Shown in pieces: positions 10,901 to 15,777 of a stretch of 36,310 nucleotides of DNA. Numbering within the stretch: the stretch's first letter is position 1; each line of letters opens with the position of its first letter. Under the pieces are notes generated by a model that worked only from the letters and a program-made list of their open reading frames with translations, was not told the DNA's origin and ran no database searches. A program made the translations under genes and the position numbers. Origin of the DNA: Candidatus Poseidoniales archaeon (lineage in GTDB: Archaea; Thermoplasmatota; Poseidoniia; Poseidoniales; Thalassarchaeaceae); assembly GCA_045568015.1 (NCBI GenBank), contig JBJLBW010000017.1, forward strand, positions 1 to 36,310, given 5' to 3'.

Positions 10901-13900
10901 CCCGATCTACATGCGTGGTGCACGAGAGTGGACAATCACGAACAACGACATCACAGGTATCAGCAATGCCGCAAACGCATGTGTATACGTGCTAAACGGA
11001 CATGGTGAAATCAGTGGCAACGACTGTCTAGATGCTGACGGTGGTATCGCACTCAGCGGTATCCGCAGTGGTAACGACGTCCACATTGAATCCAACACAA
11101 TCGGATTCACTCCAGGACGCCTACCCACAAGCGCTGTTGGTATCTACCTAGACAGCTGTGGATTGGATGAGGTCTTCATGGCAGACAACATGGTCTCGAC
11201 AGTAATGAACGCTGTCAACACCGATGGCTGCACAGTGACTGACAACAACTCAGCATACATGGGTCTTGGAGGCGGCGCAGGCCGTGTCCACAACGTCGAC
11301 ATGCAACAGAGCACCTTCAGCCCAGCACACCTAACCGGTGTCTGCACAGGCGACTCGGTGCGCTGGACTTCGCGCGCGTATGGTAGCACAAACACACCAC
11401 ACACGACGACATCCGATGCAAACCAGGCTGAGAGCTGGGACAGTGGAACGATGAACCTCGGTTCGTCCTTCGTTCACCAGTTCACCAACGTTGGCAACTT
11501 CACCTACTACAGCACGACGGCATCGACCATGACTGGATCGGTGAATGTAGCAGACTGTTCAGGTAACAACCTACAGACAACTGGAATCGACGTCCTCGGT
11601 GGCGGCGATGACATCACTCTGAACGGTGTTGTAGTCTCTGGATACGGTCTTGGTCTTGCCATGGAAGGTGGCGACCTGCAGATGGCAGGCGGAACCACCA
11701 TCCTCGGTGACGCAACGGCTGTTGAAGTGACAGACGTCGACGTAACAGTGAACGGTGCAACAGTTGCAGCCAACGGAACCTACGGTGTAGGTCTCGATGT
11801 TGTAACCAGCAGTGGTAACCACGACCTCGACATGACCGGACTATCGGTCAATGCGGCGGTTGGTGTTCTTGCTGACGGCCATGAGAGCTTCCGCTGGAAT
11901 GGCGGTGTTGCAATGGGTCACACGGTCTTGAAGACCATCAGTGGCGCATCTGGAACCATCGAGAACATGTCTGGTCCCTACAACCACCCAGTGTATGGAG
12001 ATGTACCGGTCGCATGGGAGACAGCATATTCGTGCTACTCCACCGACCCAACATACATCGCAAGCAACATGGGTAGCTGTGGTGGAGTTGCAACCCAAAT
12101 CAATGCAGGTCCGTTCTCAACGGTCACCAGCATCGGTAACGGTGTACTCAACAACGGTTCGATGATCAGTCCATTCATGCCAAGCAAGTTGACTGTCGAT
12201 TCAGACGCAATTGTCCACGAGGGTAACCTCCTAGACTTGACCGTCCTACACATGGGCAGTCCAGCAACAGATGTTGGACTATACATCCGCAGCCTCGCTA
12301 TGGCAACGAACCTCGCTACAGGTGAGCAAGTTGCTGTGCCTGGTGGTCGTGCAGAGTATGTCAGCCCATCGTGGCGAAGCAGCCCTGGTCGAACCATCAC
12401 CGTTGACGGTATCCTTTGGGATTGGCTCGGCACAAACATGCTGAACGAAGCTGACGACATGATGCCTGGTGCAGTGGCTGTTAACGCAACCACTCAGGCG
12501 CACATGCGCGTGACATGGGATTCGAACTACATGTTCGTTGCACTCGTGGGTCCAACCTTCGTGAGCACTGACGGTCTGTTCTACCTAGACACCGGCCCTG
12601 GTGGCTCGGAAACTGGTGAGAACTGGCATTCACAGCACACTCTGCCAATCAAGGCAGACTACATGCTATGGATGGAGGACCTCAACAACTGGGGTCTGAA
12701 GAAGGTCATGCCAACAGGTAACTGGGTCGATGTGACGTCGAGCTGTCCGCAGATCACGTCCTACATCTTCATGGGCAACCCGTACACGACCACTCCAGTG
12801 AGTGAGTTCCGTGTTCCATGGTCCTGCCTAGGCAACCCAACTGAGGACGTTCGCTGGATCGCAATGGTTCAGTGGGATTCCCCATTCGGTCAGGATGGAC
12901 AAGTTGCTGGTGTGTTCCCAGAACAGCCATTCAACGGTTCAACCACGTCGGGCCAGACCTTCGGTCAGTTCGGTAACTTCCACCTAACTGGAGGCGACCT
13001 CGCTGATGGAGAACTGGACTCGCACTTGTTGCTGCTACGAAGCTACGTTGGAACTGGATCATCTCCAGGTGAACCACACGCATACCAGATTCTGGTCAAG
13101 GTCCGCAACGCGGAAGGCGACTACTGGGACTGGGACGACTCCGTCGCACCACTGGTGATGACGACGAACCAGGATATCACAATCGATATCATGCGTGCCA
13201 AGCCGATTATCGAGAACTTGGTAGACGTATCATATGATGAGGATACGGGATCGCACACGATTACGCTGACCGACAAGGGAAGCGACTATCAGGATGCATC
13301 CGGCGACTTGACGTGGTCTGTGACAGACGCTTCGTCGAACTCGCACGCTTATCCGACACCGTATGACTACGCGCTGAACGGCCAGACACTGGGCATCGAC
13401 ACGCTCGAGAACCAGTTCGGTGGTCACCGTCTACAACTGACGGTCACCGACAGTCACGGTCTCAGTGCAACGCAGACAATGGAAGTCGGTATCTGGAACG
13501 TCAACGACGCACCAGTGATCTGTAACACGAACCGCTTCGACTGCATGCCGGTCTTCTACGATGACGGTGACGGTAACCTGAACGTCCACGATGAGAACTT
13601 CAACGGTCTCCTGACAAAGGAACTCGGTGACACATCCAACGCAACTCGCTCATACATTGTCGACATGGCAAACGAGCAGACACAATCGGATTGGAACAAT
13701 GAAGCAATTCCACAGGTCTACACATGGACTGAGGATGAAGGCGCGAACTGTGTGCCGTTCTCCACAGACATCATGACCAACGTGCTCACGATTGCAGAGA
13801 ACACTGCAAACGAAGCTGGTGGTAACTGTGACATCGTTCTCAGCCTGACTGACAACGCGAACACGAACGCAGAAGCAACTGACGTGACTGTGAACTTCAT

Positions 13901-15617
13901 TGTGAACCCTGTCAACGACGTGCCGCAGATTCTGGACATTGACAACACCAACGTCTTCATTGAAGATGGCCATGGACAGATAACGCAATTTGGATGGTCG
14001 CTTGAAGTCACAGAAGATGAAGAGGATACAAACACCTTGACTTGGGATATTAGCCGCGTTATGGCTGACAACGATCACCCAGTGAATGAGTTGACTTGGA
14101 CTGTTGAAGAGTCAAGCGCGTGCGCGTACGAGAACTACTTCTCGCTGACAATTGACAACGATGCAGATACGTTCTCCATCGACCTCATCCCAGATGCAAC
14201 AACCAATGCTCCAACCACGGAGATTGACTACTTGCAGGATGCAGATGGAGACGGTGTGCCTGATGGTGGTATTCACCAGCAGCAACCACGTGACGCCGTA
14301 ACTGGTCAGGAAACAGACACATGTCTGTTGCACCTCCGATTGTCCGATACGCCTGATGCGCCAAGTCACATCGACTACGCACAGAGCGCATCCGGTGTAT
14401 ACAACCAAGAGAGCATGCGTGTGGCCGTATACATCAAGGTCAACAACGTAGAAGAAGCACGTGCAGACTACCACTTTGACACGGACTTCAACACCGATGG
14501 CTTCGACTGGCAAAACATTGACGCGGTTCTACCAGGAACTCGCGTCCCAGTCAAGGTAGTGATAACGAACTCTGGAGATGACCCAGCTGAGTACAACTAC
14601 GGACACGATGTGCAGGTGCGCTTCTTCGCGGATGACAACCCATCACTGATTCAGGACCAGATCACTCTGTCCTGGGACAATGGTGAGGTTCCAGGCGTTG
14701 GTGAAACTGTGACCGTCATGGGACACGTTACGCTGAACAACCCGACTGAGAAGGTTACGTCGTTCATTGAAATCCGAACAATCAACCCGTTCACGGATGA
14801 TTACATCGACAGCTCAATGCGCCAAACAGCGCTTGAAGATAAGTGCTGGTCCGACGTGGACTGTGACGATAACACCAACATGGGTTACAACACCCACTCC
14901 ACTGAAGAACTACCACAAATGGTGCGCCTACGCCCAGCAACTTCGGTTGCAAGCTTCGCACCTGGTCTTGTGGCAGTGAGTTTGGTTGGTGCCTTCGTTG
15001 GTGCCCTCCTCATGAACTCTCGCCGAGAGGAAGATGAAGAGGAAGTCATGGAGTCCCTATCAAGCGATGATGAGGCAGTTAGCCCAGTGATTGCAACGAT
15101 TTTGCTCGTTGCAATCACTGTGGTCCTGTCCGGTGTGATCTATGTCTGGGCACAGAGCCTAGCATCAGATGCAGGCGGAAAGGCAACACCTCGTCTGACC
15201 TTCGATTCGGAAGCTAAGATTGACGGAGACAACCTGTACTGGAACATCAACGTCATCAGTCACGACAACGAACTAGCTGCTCAGGCAGTCTATGTCGTCG
15301 TTCAGTGGACAGATGACGCTGGCGTGGTGCACAATGAGAAGACCAGTCTGGCCAACCCTGATGGTGTGTATGGATTCGCTCCAAGCACAAGCGAAGAGTT
15401 GGTGACCTACAAGGATAACATCAACTGTAACGTAGACTGTTCTGCAGGATTCGGTGCAAACGATGAGATCCGAATTCGAATGGTCGACCCAGCATCAGGT
15501 GATGTCATCGAGAACGCACAGGTTACACTGCAATACGCACCTTCGGGCGGCGTTGCAACGATCCTGATGACGTTCGACGCACAGTACAACCCGCCAAGCA
15601 TGAAGGCGACCTACTGA
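1836..15617 (+). CDS. Giant (4,593 aa) secreted multidomain surface/adhesin-like protein with C-terminal TM anchor plus an in-frame pilin-like tail
   Basis: A single open frame spans 13.8 kb with consistent codon bias. The ORF track starts at TTG 1761, but ATG 1836 gives a classical signal peptide (MTKENKKVLGGSWLLLTLLMIGMSWAQA). Composition is acidic, Lys-poor and Thr/Ser/Gly/Asn/Tyr-rich, with many N-x-S/T sequons. Recognisable modules are listed as separate features. Confidence 0.9.
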   Translation: MTKENKKVLGGSWLLLTLLMIGMSWAQAVPPADDAVSTTTVDEAEGNNAVDSFALNVEEHAVDYTAFGYAAEDELVGSRTATSKTYVTEEGKVAIVATDPIHYLDDEGVWQEVDLNIESETTGWSVTENTFDTYFDSDVNNGVVIQVDDNIDAIRMGMNPVVVQMERDVSMPMEYQLDLTEEPVQTAGNVLRYPMGQGIALDYTVTSTQVKQNLVIRDQPFFGQEFSGWLGLQEEMLLPHGYSVFEGTSPLQEGQVMKTSEHFEIRNVETGELLVTVPAPLVYDSDATALPALGEYFIMQVGPHVQLTTTIDAEWLMDENRSYPVMIDPTIDVTASTTYYTYKYSINYGWTSFSYERAYSTSFISYTCKGQGNAATTCTSSSSYQGYVRNTVHRFNLANTMPSGATVTGVDYENHVGRYRTGSRSFEVAVMKSGASQSSTMIDPASYTYSSGLYIHRYSANSAASSAATTISDPGYYYGFNAGSIKSITMNSNGESDVQDAVDGNGAGSSGHILGLAVRNSANAPMWYWCTQNAYTYYGCQNSAAYKPHLEISYTGGSDTTAPVAEHAAFDGKTTYLDGARTMYMSAVDASGVNTTAAGAPHLYYRVDGGSWTAVSASTIGTCVAGGAACHFKATIPGQTAPATGTTEVEYYWAYRDAPAPPNGGVSGTTGTTPAGGTGIPSNMQTHPSSPYSYEIESVDNAADGDNKWQVKASGWNSYSYYSAQRYYDWQMTYYEPSREYHMEYDTSDCGTGSLSCFNSAAVLDLRYRPSTTRVCTSTSCQSSMEKVTMPGLSMNARNGPGSDVIWYHDGSSWGIMGYEVSSGNGIEQPQGTGTIYTALDYGSTDDGYVKVAIPGDITGYFGSFSWNATYSLNSANRNLFCVNTNNNPIMFVRSTYTGSTYTNPCYGTYYYYRYNYAWNGWSNPGYDGKVDNSWQINSKVSSIKPAPDTFPPEFDHPGLMDSYVDDDRTLSMKIGDAGDPPMGLNTNTTDNGDGLIGPYMQYRVYDAEAGTWSGWTTRTMSPDAARSSCEMAACTWSTSIPGTDRGNSVEYTLHAVDNNGNWNNTTAHSYSVGTPTKVFVIEWHDMTAGFNSGYNVNYQVRLYDVTNEVEFAYDTNSNAYYDYQYIGFQNPGASIGEMLRSRGAGYIGGQNPFANNYRIATDGNAYGYETYSAGMTELFNYDEVFTGSNNGYPYTYYCTRYFTSYRGDCSAVIDIPNDFEFEYFGSTFNGTQGHKIHAIRHGAMQFSTSSSTNSAQMMSSNWGTTMPSLPNSGSYVRNIDLAPWWGYYAAYYCYYNSGSECSIRTKMIPFDGAGMDVTADITTPTIWDIEQSPIRVNPSNGDWLSVSADLTIMPGVEVQIAEGKGMAFTGSCNKLTMEGNSTSEPDGPITISNMGTNYAQGLAFTNGGCAAGTDDRHTFENVNFVNMTTAISAGSRNGAAPHYNGNVGNFTMSDVTFTNVGTAIKHGSGQGTAFDLSGVDISNSADSCVDLPDDATLTWVGGSATDCNTHAYAGQGAVVTGDGSSIMMENVDITDAAVNGIIGEADSLWLSNVTIDASNGFSWQQTGTGVAQTGTASSGTDAYFFNVDINNYNAALTTHATDSLHMEGVDSTGDSNGYTVTPAGSSSPAIGATGWTMDGLSAEGGLTMARTQPATMDNVDLGGAIQLSGTAPSSDMVSGNTVTAEGITINGCGWKVDMRDVTIGSGGSNGAWVSANCASSASSNVVTVADGTMAGSSSNNNYAYARNSVLTVAEMTMTGMTAFGSNVASAGTNGDIRLIDVNFDGNDCLDSSNSADTSVCWVEAASSSAKVYFGGTGTVSVYRSGNSGNAMQPNHNVAASVHDSSGTELFEIGTSVTDASGAANVWLITDLYERDNTGATSSSASYTDHTLRAAGGAGQNVTAPTDPWYTASHNPDFPSSDLPLEVGAHVYLALEAFPMDFGGATKDCTFFSTNDSASSMDGYYTYTRQIITLSTDMVLDGCSVHLQGTSLRVNVTSGSNPTITLRNGAELLISEWDGDFGHIKAQSSAYPWSMDLADGGQLTIDAGSIRDMSGGLTVGDGGTLEMRNGSIALGSPNAAASTATVDVDGGTLVVNNAQVQNANSGVGIRLHNTAASSLSNVLVKNSAVGIEVTDAAPTIDGFTLTDNTVGMSVDGGMSLPTLFRSTILSGQSAGWTTHAIDITSFAKQNNYVQIGVNTVYDGGNSDPIYGSYYAKYFMTTDRWRIAVDDGSGLTNVTDSSVTGYYPWGNNDPAVTAGTHTYDGGNGGSPVWDCNLYGYRYNPGGSYQYAYYYYFIAYGGGAYSSAGSYNMEPNEFGFRMESADGVTANTNYYPYHFWASYWPSFYYSGTYAPPEGFNGMWGSYNVCQDYAYGPATPKPAGYRIAYPIVDTSSANIDQVVVYVDMVHYGADYFQDRLDFTVRAANSVTDLLNKDYSRDFGTADISNGQITGADTGIEIGGDRASGDFSGITITDPTNEGVLISGSVGATMDQITVQDGRYGVRMGSAAGGKLVLTNVDLDNQTNDGIVLSKAMNLELSGTIQNAGYCGLKVLASNDADWAFEGLTLNNNAVGITHDGAGTLFMSDTNMVGNTDDVTMSGSAQMDYLEGDITESKVTTTGGSKFTRLRALDVTITADSSGVDGAPVKILNADSLVVDSGTTDANGDVNGMSFVTWSKDSSGLTTENLAGYQLVTIATIDYTSGSTIDARYAINTISLTDAPGNSASTALTTSIDARTCYSYSTTSYDFHEPCTGLNYRSSRTVDGVLEIGYYNSRSDMTNMVIQMDTPWNYADIGTGSQSFNGSTLLITGCYNSEARIYPIYPYQGHIYMEDTTIIAMCDESGNKGASSFRIGYSGTYSYGNFHINDTKMLGLKTIATGSGYYQNNGDLEVTNSLLVHYESSTNVRSSSIFYDDMCIQTSGFDDVEISGNTMVDCGVGVFVPNNFYATSTYYGGNGQQRLDVSDNTLVDCVNLCMWFYIGANSYDAEFNGNTIEGTPPRYGVYSQDSTLMNVEIDGNDIYADNPIYMRGAREWTITNNDITGISNAANACVYVLNGHGEISGNDCLDADGGIALSGIRSGNDVHIESNTIGFTPGRLPTSAVGIYLDSCGLDEVFMADNMVSTVMNAVNTDGCTVTDNNSAYMGLGGGAGRVHNVDMQQSTFSPAHLTGVCTGDSVRWTSRAYGSTNTPHTTTSDANQAESWDSGTMNLGSSFVHQFTNVGNFTYYSTTASTMTGSVNVADCSGNNLQTTGIDVLGGGDDITLNGVVVSGYGLGLAMEGGDLQMAGGTTILGDATAVEVTDVDVTVNGATVAANGTYGVGLDVVTSSGNHDLDMTGLSVNAAVGVLADGHESFRWNGGVAMGHTVLKTISGASGTIENMSGPYNHPVYGDVPVAWETAYSCYSTDPTYIASNMGSCGGVATQINAGPFSTVTSIGNGVLNNGSMISPFMPSKLTVDSDAIVHEGNLLDLTVLHMGSPATDVGLYIRSLAMATNLATGEQVAVPGGRAEYVSPSWRSSPGRTITVDGILWDWLGTNMLNEADDMMPGAVAVNATTQAHMRVTWDSNYMFVALVGPTFVSTDGLFYLDTGPGGSETGENWHSQHTLPIKADYMLWMEDLNNWGLKKVMPTGNWVDVTSSCPQITSYIFMGNPYTTTPVSEFRVPWSCLGNPTEDVRWIAMVQWDSPFGQDGQVAGVFPEQPFNGSTTSGQTFGQFGNFHLTGGDLADGELDSHLLLLRSYVGTGSSPGEPHAYQILVKVRNAEGDYWDWDDSVAPLVMTTNQDITIDIMRAKPIIENLVDVSYDEDTGSHTITLTDKGSDYQDASGDLTWSVTDASSNSHAYPTPYDYALNGQTLGIDTLENQFGGHRLQLTVTDSHGLSATQTMEVGIWNVNDAPVICNTNRFDCMPVFYDDGDGNLNVHDENFNGLLTKELGDTSNATRSYIVDMANEQTQSDWNNEAIPQVYTWTEDEGANCVPFSTDIMTNVLTIAENTANEAGGNCDIVLSLTDNANTNAEATDVTVNFIVNPVNDVPQILDIDNTNVFIEDGHGQITQFGWSLEVTEDEEDTNTLTWDISRVMADNDHPVNELTWTVEESSACAYENYFSLTIDNDADTFSIDLIPDATTNAPTTEIDYLQDADGDGVPDGGIHQQQPRDAVTGQETDTCLLHLRLSDTPDAPSHIDYAQSASGVYNQESMRVAVYIKVNNVEEARADYHFDTDFNTDGFDWQNIDAVLPGTRVPVKVVITNSGDDPAEYNYGHDVQVRFFADDNPSLIQDQITLSWDNGEVPGVGETVTVMGHVTLNNPTEKVTSFIEIRTINPFTDDYIDSSMRQTALEDKCWSDVDCDDNTNMGYNTHSTEELPQMVRLRPATSVASFAPGLVAVSLVGAFVGALLMNSRREEDEEEVMESLSSDDEAVSPVIATILLVAITVVLSGVIYVWAQSLASDAGGKATPRLTFDSEAKIDGDNLYWNINVISHDNELAAQAVYVVVQWTDDAGVVHNEKTSLANPDGVYGFAPSTSEELVTYKDNINCNVDCSAGFGANDEIRIRMVDPASGDVIENAQVTLQYAPSGGVATILMTFDAQYNPPSMKATY
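5800..11950 (+). other. Discontinuous blocks of right-handed parallel beta-helix (PbH1/CASH/NosD-like) repeats
   Basis: Repeats of about 22-25 aa carry Gly/Asn/Val-Ile ladders. Examples are NSAVGIEVTDAAPTIDGFTLTDNTVGMSVDG, GADTGIEIGG...NEGVLISGS...RYGVRMGS...NDGIVLS...NNAVGITHDG and ISGNTMVDCGVGVFV...NGNTIEG...IDGNDIYADNPIYM...ITNNDITG...ISGNDCLDADGGIALSG...IESNTIGF. Approximate block limits are 5800-7450, 7780-8310, 9170-9640, 10290-11280 and 11560-11950. Confidence 0.6.
11281..11555 (+). other. Cupredoxin-like (plastocyanin/halocyanin-type) module with degenerate copper site
   Basis: VHNVDMQQSTFSPAHLTGVCTGDSVRWTS...PHTTTSD...WDSGTMNLGSSFVHQFTNVGNFTYYSTTASTMTGSVNV follows the type-1 copper pattern (F-P..l.v..GdtV.W.N...H.v.s...fdSg.....f...G.Y.YyC..H..M.G.v.V). 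The Cys position is Ser and the second His position is Ala. Confidence 0.5.
12396..12925 (+). other. About 180-aa module homologous to the N-terminal non-catalytic domain of the GH57 enzyme at 27176-27643 (putative carbohydrate-binding module)
   Basis: Alignment by eye gives these matches (giant vs GH57): ITVDGILWDWLG vs ITLDGDMSDWDG, MRVTWDSNYMFVAL vs FRMTWNETHLFVAW, LFYLDTGPGG vs LFVYLNTSEGG. Further matches are TLPIKADYMLWMED vs TLPFAADHAFVLED, GNWVD vs SGWVD, EFRVPWSCLGNP vs EIAIPWDGIGSP, VRWIAMVQW vs VGVIAWAQW, and FPEQ vs FPQE. Confidence 0.7.
13200..14210 (+). other. Three cadherin-like/Ig-like repeats, followed by a calcium-binding TSP3-like motif at 14238-14267
   Basis: Domain-end signatures typical of bacterial/archaeal cadherin-like repeats are present (LTVTDSHGLSATQTMEVGIWNVNDAPVI and TDVTVNFIVNPVNDVPQI). 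DADGDGVPDG follows. Confidence 0.6.
14520..14740 (+). other. CARDB-like beta-sandwich module
   Basis: DAVLPGTRVPVKVVITNSGDDPA...VQVRFFADDN...GVGETVTVMGHVTL fits the CARDB pattern: a strand, then x-V-x-N-x-G, then a variable part, then G-x-x-x-V. Confidence 0.5.
14955..15014 (+). other. Transmembrane anchor helix of the giant protein (out-to-in)
   Basis: FAPGLVAVSLVGAFVGALLM is followed by NSRR and then an acidic run (EEDEEE), which fits the positive-inside rule. Three other secreted proteins in the window have the same design, but in those the anchor is terminal. Confidence 0.75.
15048..15617 (+). other. Archaeal type IV pilin-like module (class III signal peptide, Pilin_N/DUF1628 type) in frame with the giant ORF; could also be an internally initiated 189-aa prepilin
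   Basis: MESLSSDDEA|VSPVIATILLVAITVVLSGVIYVWA matches the hallmark (charged)-(G/A)|VSPVI-hydrophobic motif of archaeal pilin-like proteins, followed by a beta-rich domain of about 165 aa. ATG 15048 is in frame and preceded by GAGGAAG 3 nt upstream. There is no stop codon between the anchor and this module. Confidence 0.7.
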
Positions 15618-15642
15618 GCTCGATTGAGAGATAACCACAGGG

Positions 15643-15718
15643 GCCACCCGAACGGTGGCAGTGTGGGGCGCCTTCGGGCGCCCCCTCTGAGCCCCCACTC
15701 CGCTTCGGCGGAGTGGGG
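15643..15718 (+). terminator. Three tandem GC-rich hairpins downstream of the giant gene (function uncertain: terminator, RNA stabiliser or processing site)
   Basis: GCCACC-cgaac-GGTGGC lies at 15643-15659. GGGGCGCC-ttcg-GGCGCCCC lies at 15665-15684. CCCCACTCCGC-ttcg-GCGGAGTGGGG lies at 15693-15718. All stems are perfect and no oligo-T follows. Confidence 0.4.
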
Positions 15719-15777
15719 TCCTTGCTCCCATTCCTTCTTGACCGGATACCCTTTCGTCGGTATATCCCGGTGTTCCT

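Noticed and set aside
11281-11555. Functional blue-copper electron-transfer domain in the giant protein
   Set aside because: The Cys and the second His ligand positions read Ser and Ala, so copper binding is unlikely. It is reported instead as a degenerate cupredoxin-like module.
14955-15026. PGF-CTERM/archaeosortase sorting signal (FAPGLVAV...LLMNSRR resembles PGF + TM + basic tail)
   Set aside because: The tripeptide is PGL rather than PGF, and the element is not C-terminal because about 200 more residues follow. The other anchored proteins in the window lack any PGF-like motif. It is kept only as a remote alternative to the simple TM-anchor reading.
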